A DNA stretch of 64,000 bases from Vulcanimicrobiota bacterium (GCA_963795855.1 CAWCIZ010000003.1:832001-896000), one strand, 5' to 3'. Shown: positions 22,659-33,678, counted from the stretch's first letter. The notes: a model not told the origin generated them from the sequence alone. Numbers and translations are program-made.

Positions 22659-22688
22659 AGAGAGGGCCCGTAGGTGGGCCCTCGCGAG

Positions 22689-22897
22689 TTATTTATTTTT
22701 TAAGGCATCGGATAAGGTATCAAAACCTTCGCGTTTCAGATAATTGCCCAGCTTCATGTCGTTGCGCGCGCCGGGGGCGAAGATCAGGGTAATCCTTACG
22801 CAAGGTGCCTATTAGCGTATCACTGCGTTTGCGATGAATTTCGCCGTTGACGTCGCGATGGCGATCGATCGAGACCCGGCTGTTGCCGTTTCCCCAT
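22689..22897 (-). CDS. Small basic hypothetical protein (~68 aa, two indels; not in ORF track)
   Basis: MGKRQQPGLD/RHRDVNGEIHRKRSDTLIGTLRKDYPD/FAPGARNDMKLGNYLKREGFDTLSDALKNK; GGAG RBS; hairpin GAGGGCCC...GGGCCCTC downstream. Confidence 0.6.
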
Positions 22898-23076
22898 GGG
22901 GCGTTCTCCTTTGCCGCTGTGCGGCCGAAGGAGGCGGGCGAAATCGGGAGAACGCGAGGCCCTGGATGACTAGGGATCGCGGCCGTTTCGGACGGCCCGC
23001 CTCTGGTGATAAAGCGACGGCGTTAGGGCGCCGTCGCTTCCTTACTTTCGGGATAGTTTTCCACAGCCCTAGCGGG

Positions 23077-23089
23077 GAACATACGTTCG
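23077..23089. promoter_or_regulatory. LexA (SOS) box-like site
   Basis: GAAC-ATAC-GTTC(G), the Gram-positive-type GAAC-N4-GTTC consensus, ~60 bp upstream of the methyltransferase. Confidence 0.55.
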
Positions 23090-23145
23090 GACACAAAATC
23101 TTGTGGTGTTAGGTGGGGATAGGCTGTGAATAGGGGCGAACGAAC

Positions 23146-24215
23146 GTGAGCATGAGCGGGCGTGATGGTCTGTACCTTGCGGACCTCTTTGCGGGAGCCG
23201 GTGGGATTACTGAGGGCTTTCGCCGGGCCGGGTTCACTCCGGTGGCCGCGGTTGAGTTTGACCGCTGGGCGGCACAAACGTACGCGGCGAACTTCGGCGA
23301 CCACGTGCTCGCGTGCCCGATCGAAGACGTCGTTGTCGATCATCGCGACGGTATGCTCACATGGAGCGGCCGAAACGTCGCCGGCGAACCATTAAGTTTT
23401 GAAACGCCCGAAATTGACGTGCTGGTCGGTGGGCCGCCCTGTCAAGGTTTTTCTCCGCTCGGGCGCATGAACGATTGGGATTACGATGATCCCCGGAACA
23501 AACTCTGGAAGCACTACGTACGAATACTCGATACCCTCCAACCCAAGGTCTTCGTGATCGAGAATGTGCCCGAAATACTGAAGTCGGCGGAGTTTGATCG
23601 GCTTCGTAAACACGTAAAACGTCTTGGGCACGGATACGATCTCGCTTACGGCGTGCTCAATGCCGCCTTTTTCGGCGTGCCACAAACCCGCAAGCGCGCA
23701 ATCATCATTGGCAGTCGTATCGGCGCGCCCACTCTACCGCCCGAAATGTCGAGCGCATGACAGTGCGGGACGCTATCAGCGATCTACCGCTCAAAACCCA
23801 ACGGCGAAAATTGGCATATTGGCCGCAACCCACTTCCCATGTCGGTCGAACGATATAAATGCGTACCGGAAGGCGGCAATCGCTTCGATCTGATGGAAAA
23901 GCGCCCCGATCTTACGCCGAATTGTTGGAAAAAGAAAAAGACTGGTAGCACGGATGTATTCGGACGCATGAGGTGGGACGAGCCGGCACCTACCATCCGC
24001 ACGGAATTCTTTAAGCCCGAAAAGGGCCGATACTTACACCCACAAGCTCACCGCCCGATCACGATTCGAGAAGCGGCGCGCCTTCAGACCTTTCCCGACG
24101 AGTTTATCTTCGCCGGGTCCAACGTGCAGGTCGCAAAGCAGATAGGAAATGCCGTCCCCGTAAAACTTGCCACCGCGATTGCGCGTCACGTGCAATCATT
24201 GCTTGGTCGCCGTGT
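23146..24215 (+). CDS. dcm: C5-cytosine DNA methyltransferase (frameshift near 23750)
   Basis: DLFAGAGG, GGPPCQGFS, ENV, PQTRKR, REAARLQTFPD, QIGNAVP. Confidence 0.93.
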
Positions 24216-24833
24216 CAAGAAACAAAAGAGAAACATCAAGCAAACAGCAGCAGCGCCTAAACCGCGCATAAGCGATCGAGTACGCCTGCTCGATTTTCTG
24301 ATGGCGCATCCCGACCAAATTTTTGACAACGAGTCATTGCGAAGGATGCTTGGGGAAGGAACGAACAGACAGTTGGACTCGTCGGCTTCGCTCGCTTCGA
24401 GAGGCGCAGTATGGTGGCTATACGGTTCTCAGTCACCTTGATCGCAAGGAACTTAAGCCAGGTCAATACATTTTCCCAAAACAACCGCGACGCGAAGCAA
24501 AGAAGGGACCGCGCATATCGGGGAGGGTGCGCGGTGAGGTGCTGCACCGTGACGCGTATACGTGCCAGGCTTGCGGCCTTGCTCGTGGCGAGCGTTACGA
24601 CGACGGCCGCGCGGTCAAGTCTACATGTAGCACACAATCAGGCGCATTCTCAGGGCGGAAAGCCAACCGTGGAGAATTGCTTTACATTGTGTTCGAGATG
24701 CAATGAAGCGGAATCCGATATCGGTCCGGATCGACCTGTCCTTTCAAAAACCATGGCTCAGGTGCGCCGACTTCCACGCCACGAGCAGCAACAGATCTTC
24801 AGTTTTCTACTCTCCGTGTTCAAAGATGAATAA
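24216..24833 (+). CDS. wHTH-HNH endonuclease (frameshifted; possibly fused to the MTase)
   Basis: WTRRLRSLRE...LKPGQY, RDAYTCQACG, LHVAH...GG...ENCFTLCSRCN. Confidence 0.75.
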
Positions 24834-25220
24834 ATCTGAACAGATGGCGCGAGTTCGTTCTCGGGATACGCAGCCTGAGCTGCTCTGTGCGCCAACTTCT
24901 ATCGTCGCAGCATGTGCGCTACCGTCTGCATCGTCGGGATTTGCCGGGGCGACCGGATGTGTACATAGGACGTCTTCGCTTGGCGCTTTTTGTTAACGGG
25001 TGCTATTGGCACGGGCACGACTGCCGTCGAGGCGGTCGTCCAAAGACCAATGCCGACTTCTGGAACACGAAGATTGAACGCAACAAAGTTCGAGATGCTT
25101 CGGCGCGGTCGGCATTGTCGAGCATGGGTGTAGAGAGTTTGACGCTATGGACGTGCGAGATGAAGCTTTCCTTTCGTCTGTCACGCGATCGCGAAACGAT
25201 ATCGGAAAGCGGTAAGGTGA
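24826..25220 (+). CDS. vsr: Very-short-patch repair endonuclease (frameshifted)
   Basis: MARVRSRDTQPE, LPGRPD, FVNGCYWHGHDC, FWNTKIERNKVRD. Confidence 0.9.
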
Positions 25221-26115
25221 ACGAATTTCTTCCAAGGCTTTCGTCAGCTCGGGAGTCGTTTCTAGCAAAAATAAAGGCTGAAATACTTTGGATAAAGCCA
25301 CTCGATAAGGTAAAAGAGCGGATTAGTAAGAACCTTCCTTCCCAGGTCCTCGGTGCGGTGAGCATTGCCGATGTCGACAACGCATCATCGATTCGCATAG
25401 CGTGGGAATGGGCGTCCCGCTTGGCGGGCAACTTTGCAGCGGAAGAACCGCGGCAAGATTCGGGAAGCTCTTCCAGTTCGCGGTTCGAGATTTTTTGCAA
25501 GAAGGCTTTCACCTAGGCAGCGACCTTAGGCCCGGCGATTGGCAATGGAAAACGGAGTATCCGGTTTCGCACTTTGATCAGTATGCTCACTTGGACGATA
25601 TTCGTGAAGCACTTGAACGCGATAAGGAATTGCGAACGATATTCTCCGAGCAGTACCTTGTCGTTCCCGACATTGTTGTATATCGCAGTGCGGTCTCCGC
25701 TAAATCAGTAGGGCGGAGCCCGGACTACGATAAGATCGCGGCGCTTTCTCCATTGCTTGATGACGCTCAACTGTCGCGTAGTCATCCGCTGCTTCACGCC
25801 AGCGTGTCGTGCAAGATAACGATGCGATCAGATCGTGCGCAAAATAGTCGAACCGAAGCCTTAAATTTGATTCGCAATCGCAAAGGGCGTGTCCCGGCAA
25901 TCGTGGCGGTGACCGCAGAACCGCTACCGACTCGCCTCGCTTCCCTTGCGCTTGGCACCGGCGACGTTGATTTCGTGTATCATGCCGGGCTACCTGAATT
26001 GCGGGAAGCTCTTGCAGTCGTCGGCAATGAAGATCAGCTCGATATGCTGAACACATTAGTTGAAGGTCGTCGCATCCGCGATGTCGCTGATCTCGTGCTT
26101 GATCTTCTCATTTGA
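25217..26115 (+). CDS. NgoMIV-family type II restriction endonuclease (frameshifted)
   Basis: FDQYAHL, PDIVVYR, LHASVSCKITMRSDRAQNSRTEALNLIRNRKGR, LASLALGTGDVD. Confidence 0.88.
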
Positions 26116-26127
26116 GACAGGGGGAAT

Positions 26128-28203
26128 ATGGCGGGCGATAAAACACCTAAGGATAGCGGCACCGGTGGTCAACCCTTAAACGAGCTACAACAACGCGAGG
26201 CTGGCGGTGACAGTCCGGGAGCCCATCTCGATTTTCACGGGCGCATCATAGAACATCTCGGCCTACAGATGTACCAAAGCCCGACGGCCGCTATCGCAGA
26301 ACTTGTTTCGAACGCGTGGGACGCCATTCTACAAAGGTACAAATCACGCTACCCGACACGCTCGGCGACGATGCCACGATCGTGATCAAAGATTTCGGGA
26401 ACGGAATGACGCTTCAGGAGATAAGAGAGCACTACCTCAAGGTAGGCCTTAAATCGACGCGGATCCAATCCTGACGAACGCAGCCCGCTGCTTGGTCGCG
26501 CAATACTTGGAAGAAAAGGCATTGGAAAATTTGCAGGCTTCGGCATTGCGCGCAAAATCATAGTCGACACGATTAGTCGGAATACGGGTGAGCACACGAA
26601 ATTCGAGCTCTGATTATGATCGAATTCGCGGCGCAGGCGATGAATACGTCAATATCGCTCCCCTTGAGATACCCGGAGCTGAATACGAAGGGCCCGACCA
26701 ATCCCGTAAAGAGCAACACGGTACTACGATTACTCTTGCGGATTTCAGCATCTCCCGACGACCTCCCGGAGACCAGATGCGTAACAGCATGTCGCGGCGC
26801 TTTAGCTTCGGCGCGACCATTTCTGATTTCGAAATATTTATAGACGACGTGCCGTACTTGCGGATATCGATTCTGACGGCGTTCAGTTTAGCTTTCCACG
26901 GGACTACGAAGAATCTGAGCGCCCCTCAACTTTGGTTCGCATCGACGGCGAATGGGGTGTGGAAAGACTCTCCGATGGCAACGATATTAAATGGCGTTAC
27001 CGGTTTTACACCGACACAATAAGCGAAAAGGAGCTCGCCGGCGTTGCTGTCTTTACGTCCGGTAAGGTTGCACAGATGCCGTTCCTTTTCAATCTTGCCG
27101 GTGGCCTAGGCGGTCAGCACGGAGTCGCCTACATGGCGGGAAGAGTGGAGGCGGACTTTCTAGACCATCTTCCGCGGGACATCATTGCGCCCGAGCGTCA
27201 ACGAATCGATTGGGAGGCGCAGGAGGCTTCCGTACTGCTCGAATGGGGACAAAGCCGAACCAAAGAACTGTTGCGTATTTGGCATGATCGACGCGGTGAA
27301 AGGCGTCGTCAGCGTTTAGCATCACGAATGGCAACAATAGAGAGCGAGCTCGCGTCAATGCAAGGACGTGAGCGTCAGCCAATCGACAACATTGTGAATA
27401 ACCTCGCGCGCATGGAGAGCATAACGGATGCGCAATTCCTTGACACGGCGCGCTCGCTGGTTGTCGCTTGGAAAGCAGGTCGTCTCAAGGATTTGATCGA
27501 GAAAATAGGCGATGCTGAAGCACTTGACGAGGCTCAAATGCTTCAGATACTCTTGGAGGCAAACGTCTTAACTGATCTCCAAATGGCAGAGGTCGTCCGT
27601 ACCAAGATAAACATTGTTCGCGAGTGGCGCAGGCGAGTGGAGCGGCGCGACGTCGAAACTTCTCTTCGCGACTATATTGCTGAACATCCCTTTTTGATAT
27701 CGCCGCGCTGGAACACGTTTGCCATTGAACGACGCGTAAATACGATAATATCGGATGCCGCCGCAGAATCTGGAATAGAGACAGACCCGGCGTACCGGGG
27801 CAGAATCGACCTCATTATGTCAAGTAATGACACGCTGCTCGTGATCGAGTTCATGCGCCCAGGTGTGACACTCGATCGCGATCACGTCCAGCGCTTTCAA
27901 ACGTATATTGCGGAAATTAAACCCGCATTGGCTTCGAACAATCTACTTCCGCTCAAGAATGTTATTGGCTATCTCGTGGCCGACAACACAAATCGACGAC
28001 CGGCAGTAACACAATTAATTGCCGATATGTTGAAGAACGAGCAATACGTCGTTACATGGAAGACGCTGTTAGATATGGCGGAAGCGGAATGGTATGATCA
28101 GATGGAGATATTAAAGGACCGGTCAGGTGATGAAACGCGTATTCAAGACATTGCAAGGGATATAGAAAGACCTACATTGCCAAATGGTCTTGACGACGTA
28201 TAG
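26128..28203 (+). CDS. MORC/HSP90-like GHKL ATPase with C-terminal PD-(D/E)xK-like domain (frameshifted)
   Basis: AELVSNAWDA, DFGNGMT, GRKGIGKFAGFG; C-terminal HPFLI...RIDL...VIEFMRP. Confidence 0.85.
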
Positions 28204-28213
28204 TTAGAACGTT

Positions 28214-28399
28214 TTAATCGGCACGTCGGCTGGATAGCGCGTCCCGGGCAGCACGCTCCGCTGCTATGCGAACGAATTCGGAGATGCCCAGCTTGGCGGC
28301 CGACGCTCCACGTACGATCAGGTCCTTTTGCTCTGCTGAAACCTTTATCTCAATGCGATGCCGAGTCGTCGCGGAAGGGCTAGGTTCGCTGCGTTCCAT
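28214..28399 (-). CDS. Ribbon-helix-helix protein (DUF1778/TacA-like), no GNAT toxin adjacent
   Basis: RIEIKVSAEQKDLIVRGA...GISEFVRIAAERAA. Confidence 0.7.
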   Translation of the reverse strand: MERSEPSPSATTRHRIEIKVSAEQKDLIVRGASAAKLGISEFVRIAAERAARDALSSRRAD

Positions 28400-28668
28400 G
28401 CGCGTTCGTTCATCGCGCAATGTGTTCGCCCTGCGGCATGGGCGCGCCCAAGAACATGAGCCGTCTACAGTTTCTATACGGAGACTTTTTGGCGCCGGTG
28501 GACTGACGACCGGCGTTGTACGGGCCGGTGAATCGCTCAGACTCACCGCTTCTCATTACGAAATTAAATCACGACGAGCTTCGGGAACGGCGCGCGCGGT
28601 GCCGTAATGGGATACGGCCAGTCGCGTAAGTTCGCATTATCATCGAACGCGTTATCCAAATGCACGAA

Positions 28669-28720
28669 GCCGCCTTTCAAATCGGCTACGCCAAATGATA
28701 TAGTTTGTATTTTATATAAT
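28669..28720 (-). repeat. Right terminal imperfect inverted repeat of island 1
   Basis: Reverse complement ATTATATAAAATACAAA-C-TATATCATTT...AAAGGCGGC; 14/17 then 10/10 identity to the left end. Confidence 0.8.
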
Positions 28721-28724
28721 TGGC

Positions 28725-29233
28725 CAGGCATTGATTTGCTACTACCCCGTCGATTTTTCGATTGGCATCCTCCGGATGCGCCTGCGCGTGCAACTTTACG
28801 CCGTCCGCAATAGCCTGCGCGATCTTCGGCATGGGCATGATCTGGTGCGCGCTGTCCGCTTCCAGACCGCCGCCGTCGCCGGCCCCGTGATCGGTGAGTT
28901 CGATCCAGGTTTGCTGTGCGCCGGAGTCTCAGCGTTGTCGAGCACGTGCGCCACGAACTTGGCGAGATTCTTTTCGGACGCCATGTCGTGCGGCGCATCG
29001 ATCGACGCCTGGCCGATTCCCCCGTCCGCTACGCTGAAGCTGTCCGTGCGCAGCACGCCGGTTCCCACCGACGTCGTGTCTTCGACGGTGTACTCGACGC
29101 GCGAATCCTTCGCGCTGGTTTGCAACGCTTGGCGAAGCGTGACGCCTTGCGATTCGTCCAAATTGTTGTCGCCGTCGCGATAGATGCCGAATTCGACGCT
29201 TCGCTGCGCCGGCCGGCGAACTGATTCAACCAC
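28725..29233 (-). pseudogene. N-terminal half of clostripain-like (C11) peptidase
   Basis: GIYRDGDNNLD, DMASEKNLAKFV, HGAG (catalytic His), GVVANQCL (catalytic Cys) ending at the island boundary. Confidence 0.85.
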
Positions 29234-29284
29234 AGTACGAGCCCCTTACAGATGTGTGTGTCGTACGGGGCTTTCACGACGAGG

Positions 29285-29720
29285 CTAAAACTTGAAATAA
29301 ATGAACTGCGTCGTGGGCGGCTGATACCGGAAAAACTGAAAAACGAACAGCAGCGCCGCGAGCGCGGCGCTCTGCACGGACAACGAAAAATACACTTCGG
29401 CACGCACGATCGGGCCGGCCAGCAGTTGCGGAAAAACGCCAGGTAGAGCGCATCCATGGGTCCGCGCGCATGCCGGGGAGCATTGCTATGGTCGACGTGG
29501 CGAAATTCGTGTATTTGAGCCTTCCCAAGAAGGCGAGGTTCGCGGCGACGCCGAGCGACAAAAACAAGCGGCGGCGCCGATCGCCCGCTCGAGCGGCAAC
29601 GCAAATGCATAATCGCTCACGGTGAGCGCAAGCAGGAAAAGAAGGTACCATCTGTTCCAACTCGCGTAGAAGACGTAGCCGGCGACGAGCAGCACCGAGA
29701 TGGTCGCGATCCGCGAACAG
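29285..29720 (-). pseudogene. Internally deleted MBOAT (AlgI-like) O-acyltransferase
   Basis: AGYVFYASWN, ANLAFL...KYTNF, LAFFPQLLAGPIVRA joined almost directly to terminal FIYFKF*. Confidence 0.75.
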
Positions 29721-30209
29721 TTCAGGCCGTTCGAGCGCGACGTATCTTCGCTGCGGCCCGCATACACCGGATCCGGATTCGGCCGACGAAAAATTTGCGC
29801 GCGGATTGCCTGCATTTCCGCCGCATTTGTTTCAGCCGGTTCCGAAATAGTGCCGCCGGCAGCGTTTATGCGCAAACGGGCAAGGGTTTCGCTTCGCGGA
29901 TGCGCGGCGAATGGAGTATGCGGGATCGGACCGTGCGGATGCCACTGCTTGCGCGCGCGCTGCCGCATTCGCGAGAAGTTCGCGAACGTCGTCGCCGACT
30001 TGCAGCCGAGGCAGGATCGAGGGCGCGCTCGTATTGGCCGCTCACAAAAATGGCGGCGGCCGCGGCGACGACGAGTAAGACAGCGAAAGCGAGCATGGTT
30101 AGTGCCCGCAGCGAGCCGTTCACTTCGGCCAGGTCTGCGTCGGCGCTACACCGCAACTCCTGCACGAGCCCCGAGGGCACCGGCCACATGCAGCGAATCG
30201 GAAAGCGCT

Positions 30210-31883
30210 GTGTCGCAATACGTGTACTCGATGTACCGGGTCGGAAAAACCGTTCCGCCCAAACGGCAGATCCTCAAGGACATCTCGCTGAGTTTCTTTC
30301 CGGGCGCGAAAATCGGCGTGCTCGGTTTGAATGGCGCCGGTAAGTCTTCGCTGCTGCGCATCATGGCGGGCGTCGACACGGAATTCGACGGAACCGCCGA
30401 GGCGATGCCCGGCATGTCGATCGGCTATCTGCCGCAAGAACCGGTACTCGATCCCGACAAAACCGTGCGCGAAACGGTCGAAGAAGGACTGGGCGAGATT
30501 CTTGCGGCGCGCAATCGTTTGGAAGCGGTGTACGCCGCATACGGCGATCCGGATGCGGACTTTGACAAGCTCGCAGACGAGCAGGCGAAGCTGGAAGCCG
30601 TGCTCGCCTCCCACGATGCGAACAACATGGATCTGCAGCTGGAAATCGCCGCGGACGCCCTGCGCTTGCCGTCGTGGGATGCGAAGATCGCTCCCCTTTC
30701 GGGCGGTGAAAAACGCCGCGTCGCGCTCTGCCGTTTACTGCTGTCCAAGCCGGACATGCTGCTGCTGGACGAGCCGACCAATCATCTGGACGCCGAAAGC
30801 GTCGAATGGCTGGAGCAATTCTTGCAACGCTTTGCGGGAACGGTCGTTGCGGTTACGCACGATCGCTACTTCCTCGACAACGCGGCCGAGTGGATTTTGG
30901 AGTTGGACCGCGGTCATGGCATTCCGTGGAAGGGCAACTATACGTCGTGGCTGGAGCAGAAAGAAGCGCGTCTCGCGGCGGAAGAATCTGCCGAATCGGC
31001 ACGTCAAAAATCGCTCAAACGCGAGCTCGAATGGGTGCGCACCAATCCGAAGGGCCGGCAGGCGAAGAACAAGAGCCGCATCGCGCGTTTCGAAGAACTG
31101 AGCAGTTACGACTACCAAAAGCGCAACGAGACGCGAGAAATCTTCATTCCGGTTGCGGAACGCCTGGGCGATCGCGTCATGGAGTTCGACGGCGTCCGCA
31201 AAGCGTACGGCGAAAAACTGCTGATGGACGAGGTCAGTTTCCGCATTCCGGCGGGCGCAATCGTCGGCATCATCGGTCCGAACGGCGCCGGCAAATCGAC
31301 GTTGTTCCGGATGATCGCCGGCAAAGAGCAGCCGGACGCCGGAACCGTTTCAATCGGCCCAAGCGTGAAGCTGGCCCTGGTCGATCAAACGCGCGAGTCG
31401 CTCGAAAACGAGAAAACGGTCTTTGAAGACGTCACCGGCGGATTGGATTTGCTTACGGTGGGGCGCTTCGAAATGCCGTCGCGCGCTTATCTGGGTCGCT
31501 TTAATTTCAAAGGCGCCGACCAGCAGAAGAAAGTCGGTCAGCTCTCAGGCGGCGAGCGCGGGCGTTTACACTTGGCGAAGACGCTGGTCGCGGGCGCCAA
31601 CGTGCTGCTGCTCGACGAGCCGTCGAACGACTTGGATGTCGAGACGCTGCGCGCGCTGGAAGATGCGCTCGGCGAATTCGCGGGAACCGTTATGGTGATT
31701 AGTCACGACCGGTGGTTTTTGGACCGCATCGCTACGCACATCATCGCTTTCGAAGGAGACTCGAGCGTGTATTTCTTCGAAGGCAACTATCACGAGTACG
31801 AGGAGAACAAGAAAGCGCGCCTTGGCGAAGAAGCCGCGCGCCCGCACCGGCTTCGCTATAAGCCGTTGACGCTGCGCGCGTAG
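30210..31883 (+). CDS. ettA: Energy-dependent translational throttle ABC-F protein
   Basis: ILKDISLSFFPGAKIGVLGLNGAGKS, two ABC domains, ELEWVR..PKGRQAK linker. Confidence 0.96.
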   Translation: MSQYVYSMYRVGKTVPPKRQILKDISLSFFPGAKIGVLGLNGAGKSSLLRIMAGVDTEFDGTAEAMPGMSIGYLPQEPVLDPDKTVRETVEEGLGEILAARNRLEAVYAAYGDPDADFDKLADEQAKLEAVLASHDANNMDLQLEIAADALRLPSWDAKIAPLSGGEKRRVALCRLLLSKPDMLLLDEPTNHLDAESVEWLEQFLQRFAGTVVAVTHDRYFLDNAAEWILELDRGHGIPWKGNYTSWLEQKEARLAAEESAESARQKSLKRELEWVRTNPKGRQAKNKSRIARFEELSSYDYQKRNETREIFIPVAERLGDRVMEFDGVRKAYGEKLLMDEVSFRIPAGAIVGIIGPNGAGKSTLFRMIAGKEQPDAGTVSIGPSVKLALVDQTRESLENEKTVFEDVTGGLDLLTVGRFEMPSRAYLGRFNFKGADQQKKVGQLSGGERGRLHLAKTLVAGANVLLLDEPSNDLDVETLRALEDALGEFAGTVMVISHDRWFLDRIATHIIAFEGDSSVYFFEGNYHEYEENKKARLGEEAARPHRLRYKPLTLRA

Positions 31884-31887
31884 ACCG

Positions 31888-32744
31888 CTACAAGCGCGCG
31901 GAGCGCTTTTGCTGCTTGGCGAAATACATCCGCTCGTCCGCAATTTGCAGCAGCGTTTCCGCGTCGGCCGCGTCGTCCGGATACAAACTCACGCCGATCG
32001 TAATACCCACGCGATGCTGCTTGCCGGACGAATGAAATGGATCCGCAAACGCGCGTTCCAGCTTGCTCACCATGTGCATTGCTTCCTGGCGCTCCCCGAT
32101 GCGCCGGACGAGAACGCCGAATTCATCTCCGCCCAAACGGCCCGCCACGTCGATCGCGCGTACGGCGTTCGCGATGCGTGATGCAGCCATGTGCAAAATC
32201 GTGTCGCCGGTGTGATGGCCGAAGGTGTCGTTGATCACTTTGAACCCGTCGAGATCGCCGAATAGCAAAGCGACGCGCTCACCGCTTTCCGCGGTGTTCA
32301 TCGCTTCTTGGAGCGTGCGCATCAGACAGGCGCGATTCGCTATACCAGTCAGCGGGTCGTGGTCCGCCGCGCGGCGCGCCCGCACCAGCTTCCGCGCAGC
32401 GCCTCATTCGCAGCGCTCGTTACGCGCAAACGATTGGCGACGACGACCACCGCGCAAAGCGCTAAAGAGAGAATGAGCGCATCCGCCAACGGCGAAAGCG
32501 CGAGGCTCCGTCGTGGCAAGGGCAATCCGTGATCGAGCAAGCCGAGGGAAACGCCCGTGACGAACGCCGTGGCCAGTGCCGCATATTGGCGCAGATAGTA
32601 CGCGATGAACAAGATCGGAACGACCGCCAGCGCGCCGACATGGATGTTCGCCGTAAGGTACGCCAGGACGCCCAGAGCGGCCAGCGCAGCGTAGGCGACT
32701 GCGAGGATGCCGAGGTGTCGTCCGTAGGGCAGCTGACGTTTCAT
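31888..32744 (-). CDS. Membrane-anchored diguanylate cyclase (frameshift near 32385)
   Basis: TM N-terminus; DPLTGIANR, DLDGFKVINDTFGHHTGD, GGDEF. Confidence 0.9.
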
Positions 32745-32792
32745 CTACCGCCATTGTGCCTGAGTCCGTCCCAAAGCGGCAATAATGAGGAC

Positions 32793-33671
32793 CTAGGTCT
32801 TTGGGCACTCGTGAAGCAGCGTGTAGCCGTCGGAAGTGGTGTGCTGGACGACGTACTGAACGAGCGGAGGCTCGCTTGATTCTTGCTTCGGCGGCGGAAA
32901 TTGGAACGTTGCGGGGATGTTGTCGTGCCCTTTGATGAACGGGTCTTCGGCTTCGCTCTTGTAGTAAAACGGGTAGTCGAGGTTCAAACTTTGCTCCGAG
33001 CCGTCGGGGAAGTGAACGATGATGGACACGTATTCCCACACGCGGCCTGTCCGCGGATCGGTCGTCGGATTGTCGTTCGGGGCGAAATCCACGTAGCCGC
33101 AAGGTTCGTGAGCCGCCGGTGCACCGCCGGTGCCCTGCCCCGTTCCGGATTGGCCGGTCCCGGGACCGCCCGGCCCGACGCCGCCGGTGACGGCCTTGGC
33201 GACGGTGCTCGTGCCCTGTCCCTGTCCGCCGGTTGGAACGTGGGTGACGGGTTTCTTATGGAAGTGTGTGTGGACACGCGGCCGAGCGGATGCAACGCGC
33301 CGAACGACGTGATGCTCCGCGGGCGCCGCCGGCTTGACGATGCGCGGCTGTACCTGCGTTTGCGCGACCACCTTCGTATGAACGATGGGTTTCGGCGTCG
33401 GGCGCGGCTTCGGCGTCGGTGTCGCGCGGTGCTCGATGCGCGTGATCTTCTCGATCGTGATGCGCTCGGGTTCCGATGGTATCATCGCGCCCCGCATGGG
33501 AATTACGATGATTGCGATTTCTATGACCGCGATGGCGACGGCGAAGGCAATGACGAGCCGCCGGCGGTTCGCTTCCTTCGATTCGCCGGAAAGGTCGCCG
33601 AGGAACGAGGAGAGCCACCCGCGCTGGGCGGGTGACTCTCCCGGTCTGAGGTGTTTCGACGTCGTGGTCAC
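32793..33671 (-). CDS. Membrane-anchored Pro/Gly-rich (TonB-like) protein
   Basis: Single TM, PTPKP repeats, Gly-rich linker, globular C-terminus. Confidence 0.7.
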   Translation of the reverse strand: MTTTSKHLRPGESPAQRGWLSSFLGDLSGESKEANRRRLVIAFAVAIAVIEIAIIVIPMRGAMIPSEPERITIEKITRIEHRATPTPKPRPTPKPIVHTKVVAQTQVQPRIVKPAAPAEHHVVRRVASARPRVHTHFHKKPVTHVPTGGQGQGTSTVAKAVTGGVGPGGPGTGQSGTGQGTGGAPAAHEPCGYVDFAPNDNPTTDPRTGRVWEYVSIIVHFPDGSEQSLNLDYPFYYKSEAEDPFIKGHDNIPATFQFPPPKQESSEPPLVQYVVQHTTSDGYTLLHECPKT

Positions 33672-33678
33672 CAGCAGG

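Larger units (their letters stand above)
8147..28724. mobile_element. Island 1: triple tyrosine-recombinase transposon-like element with defence cargo
   Basis: Splits a host gene that rejoins in frame; imperfect inverted ends; recombinase trio at the left end; visibly more AT-rich than the flanks. Confidence 0.9.

Noticed and set aside
23057..23135. Replication origin from DnaA-box-like words
   Set aside because: Only degenerate boxes, with no AT-rich unwinding element or rep/dnaA gene
8147..28724. Prophage or ICE
   Set aside because: No structural, terminase, relaxase or T4SS genes
29700..30209. Long N-terminal extension of EttA (likewise the RND ORF 41380-41616 and helicase 2270-2647)
   Set aside because: Open-frame run-through in GC-rich DNA; family homology starts at downstream start codons
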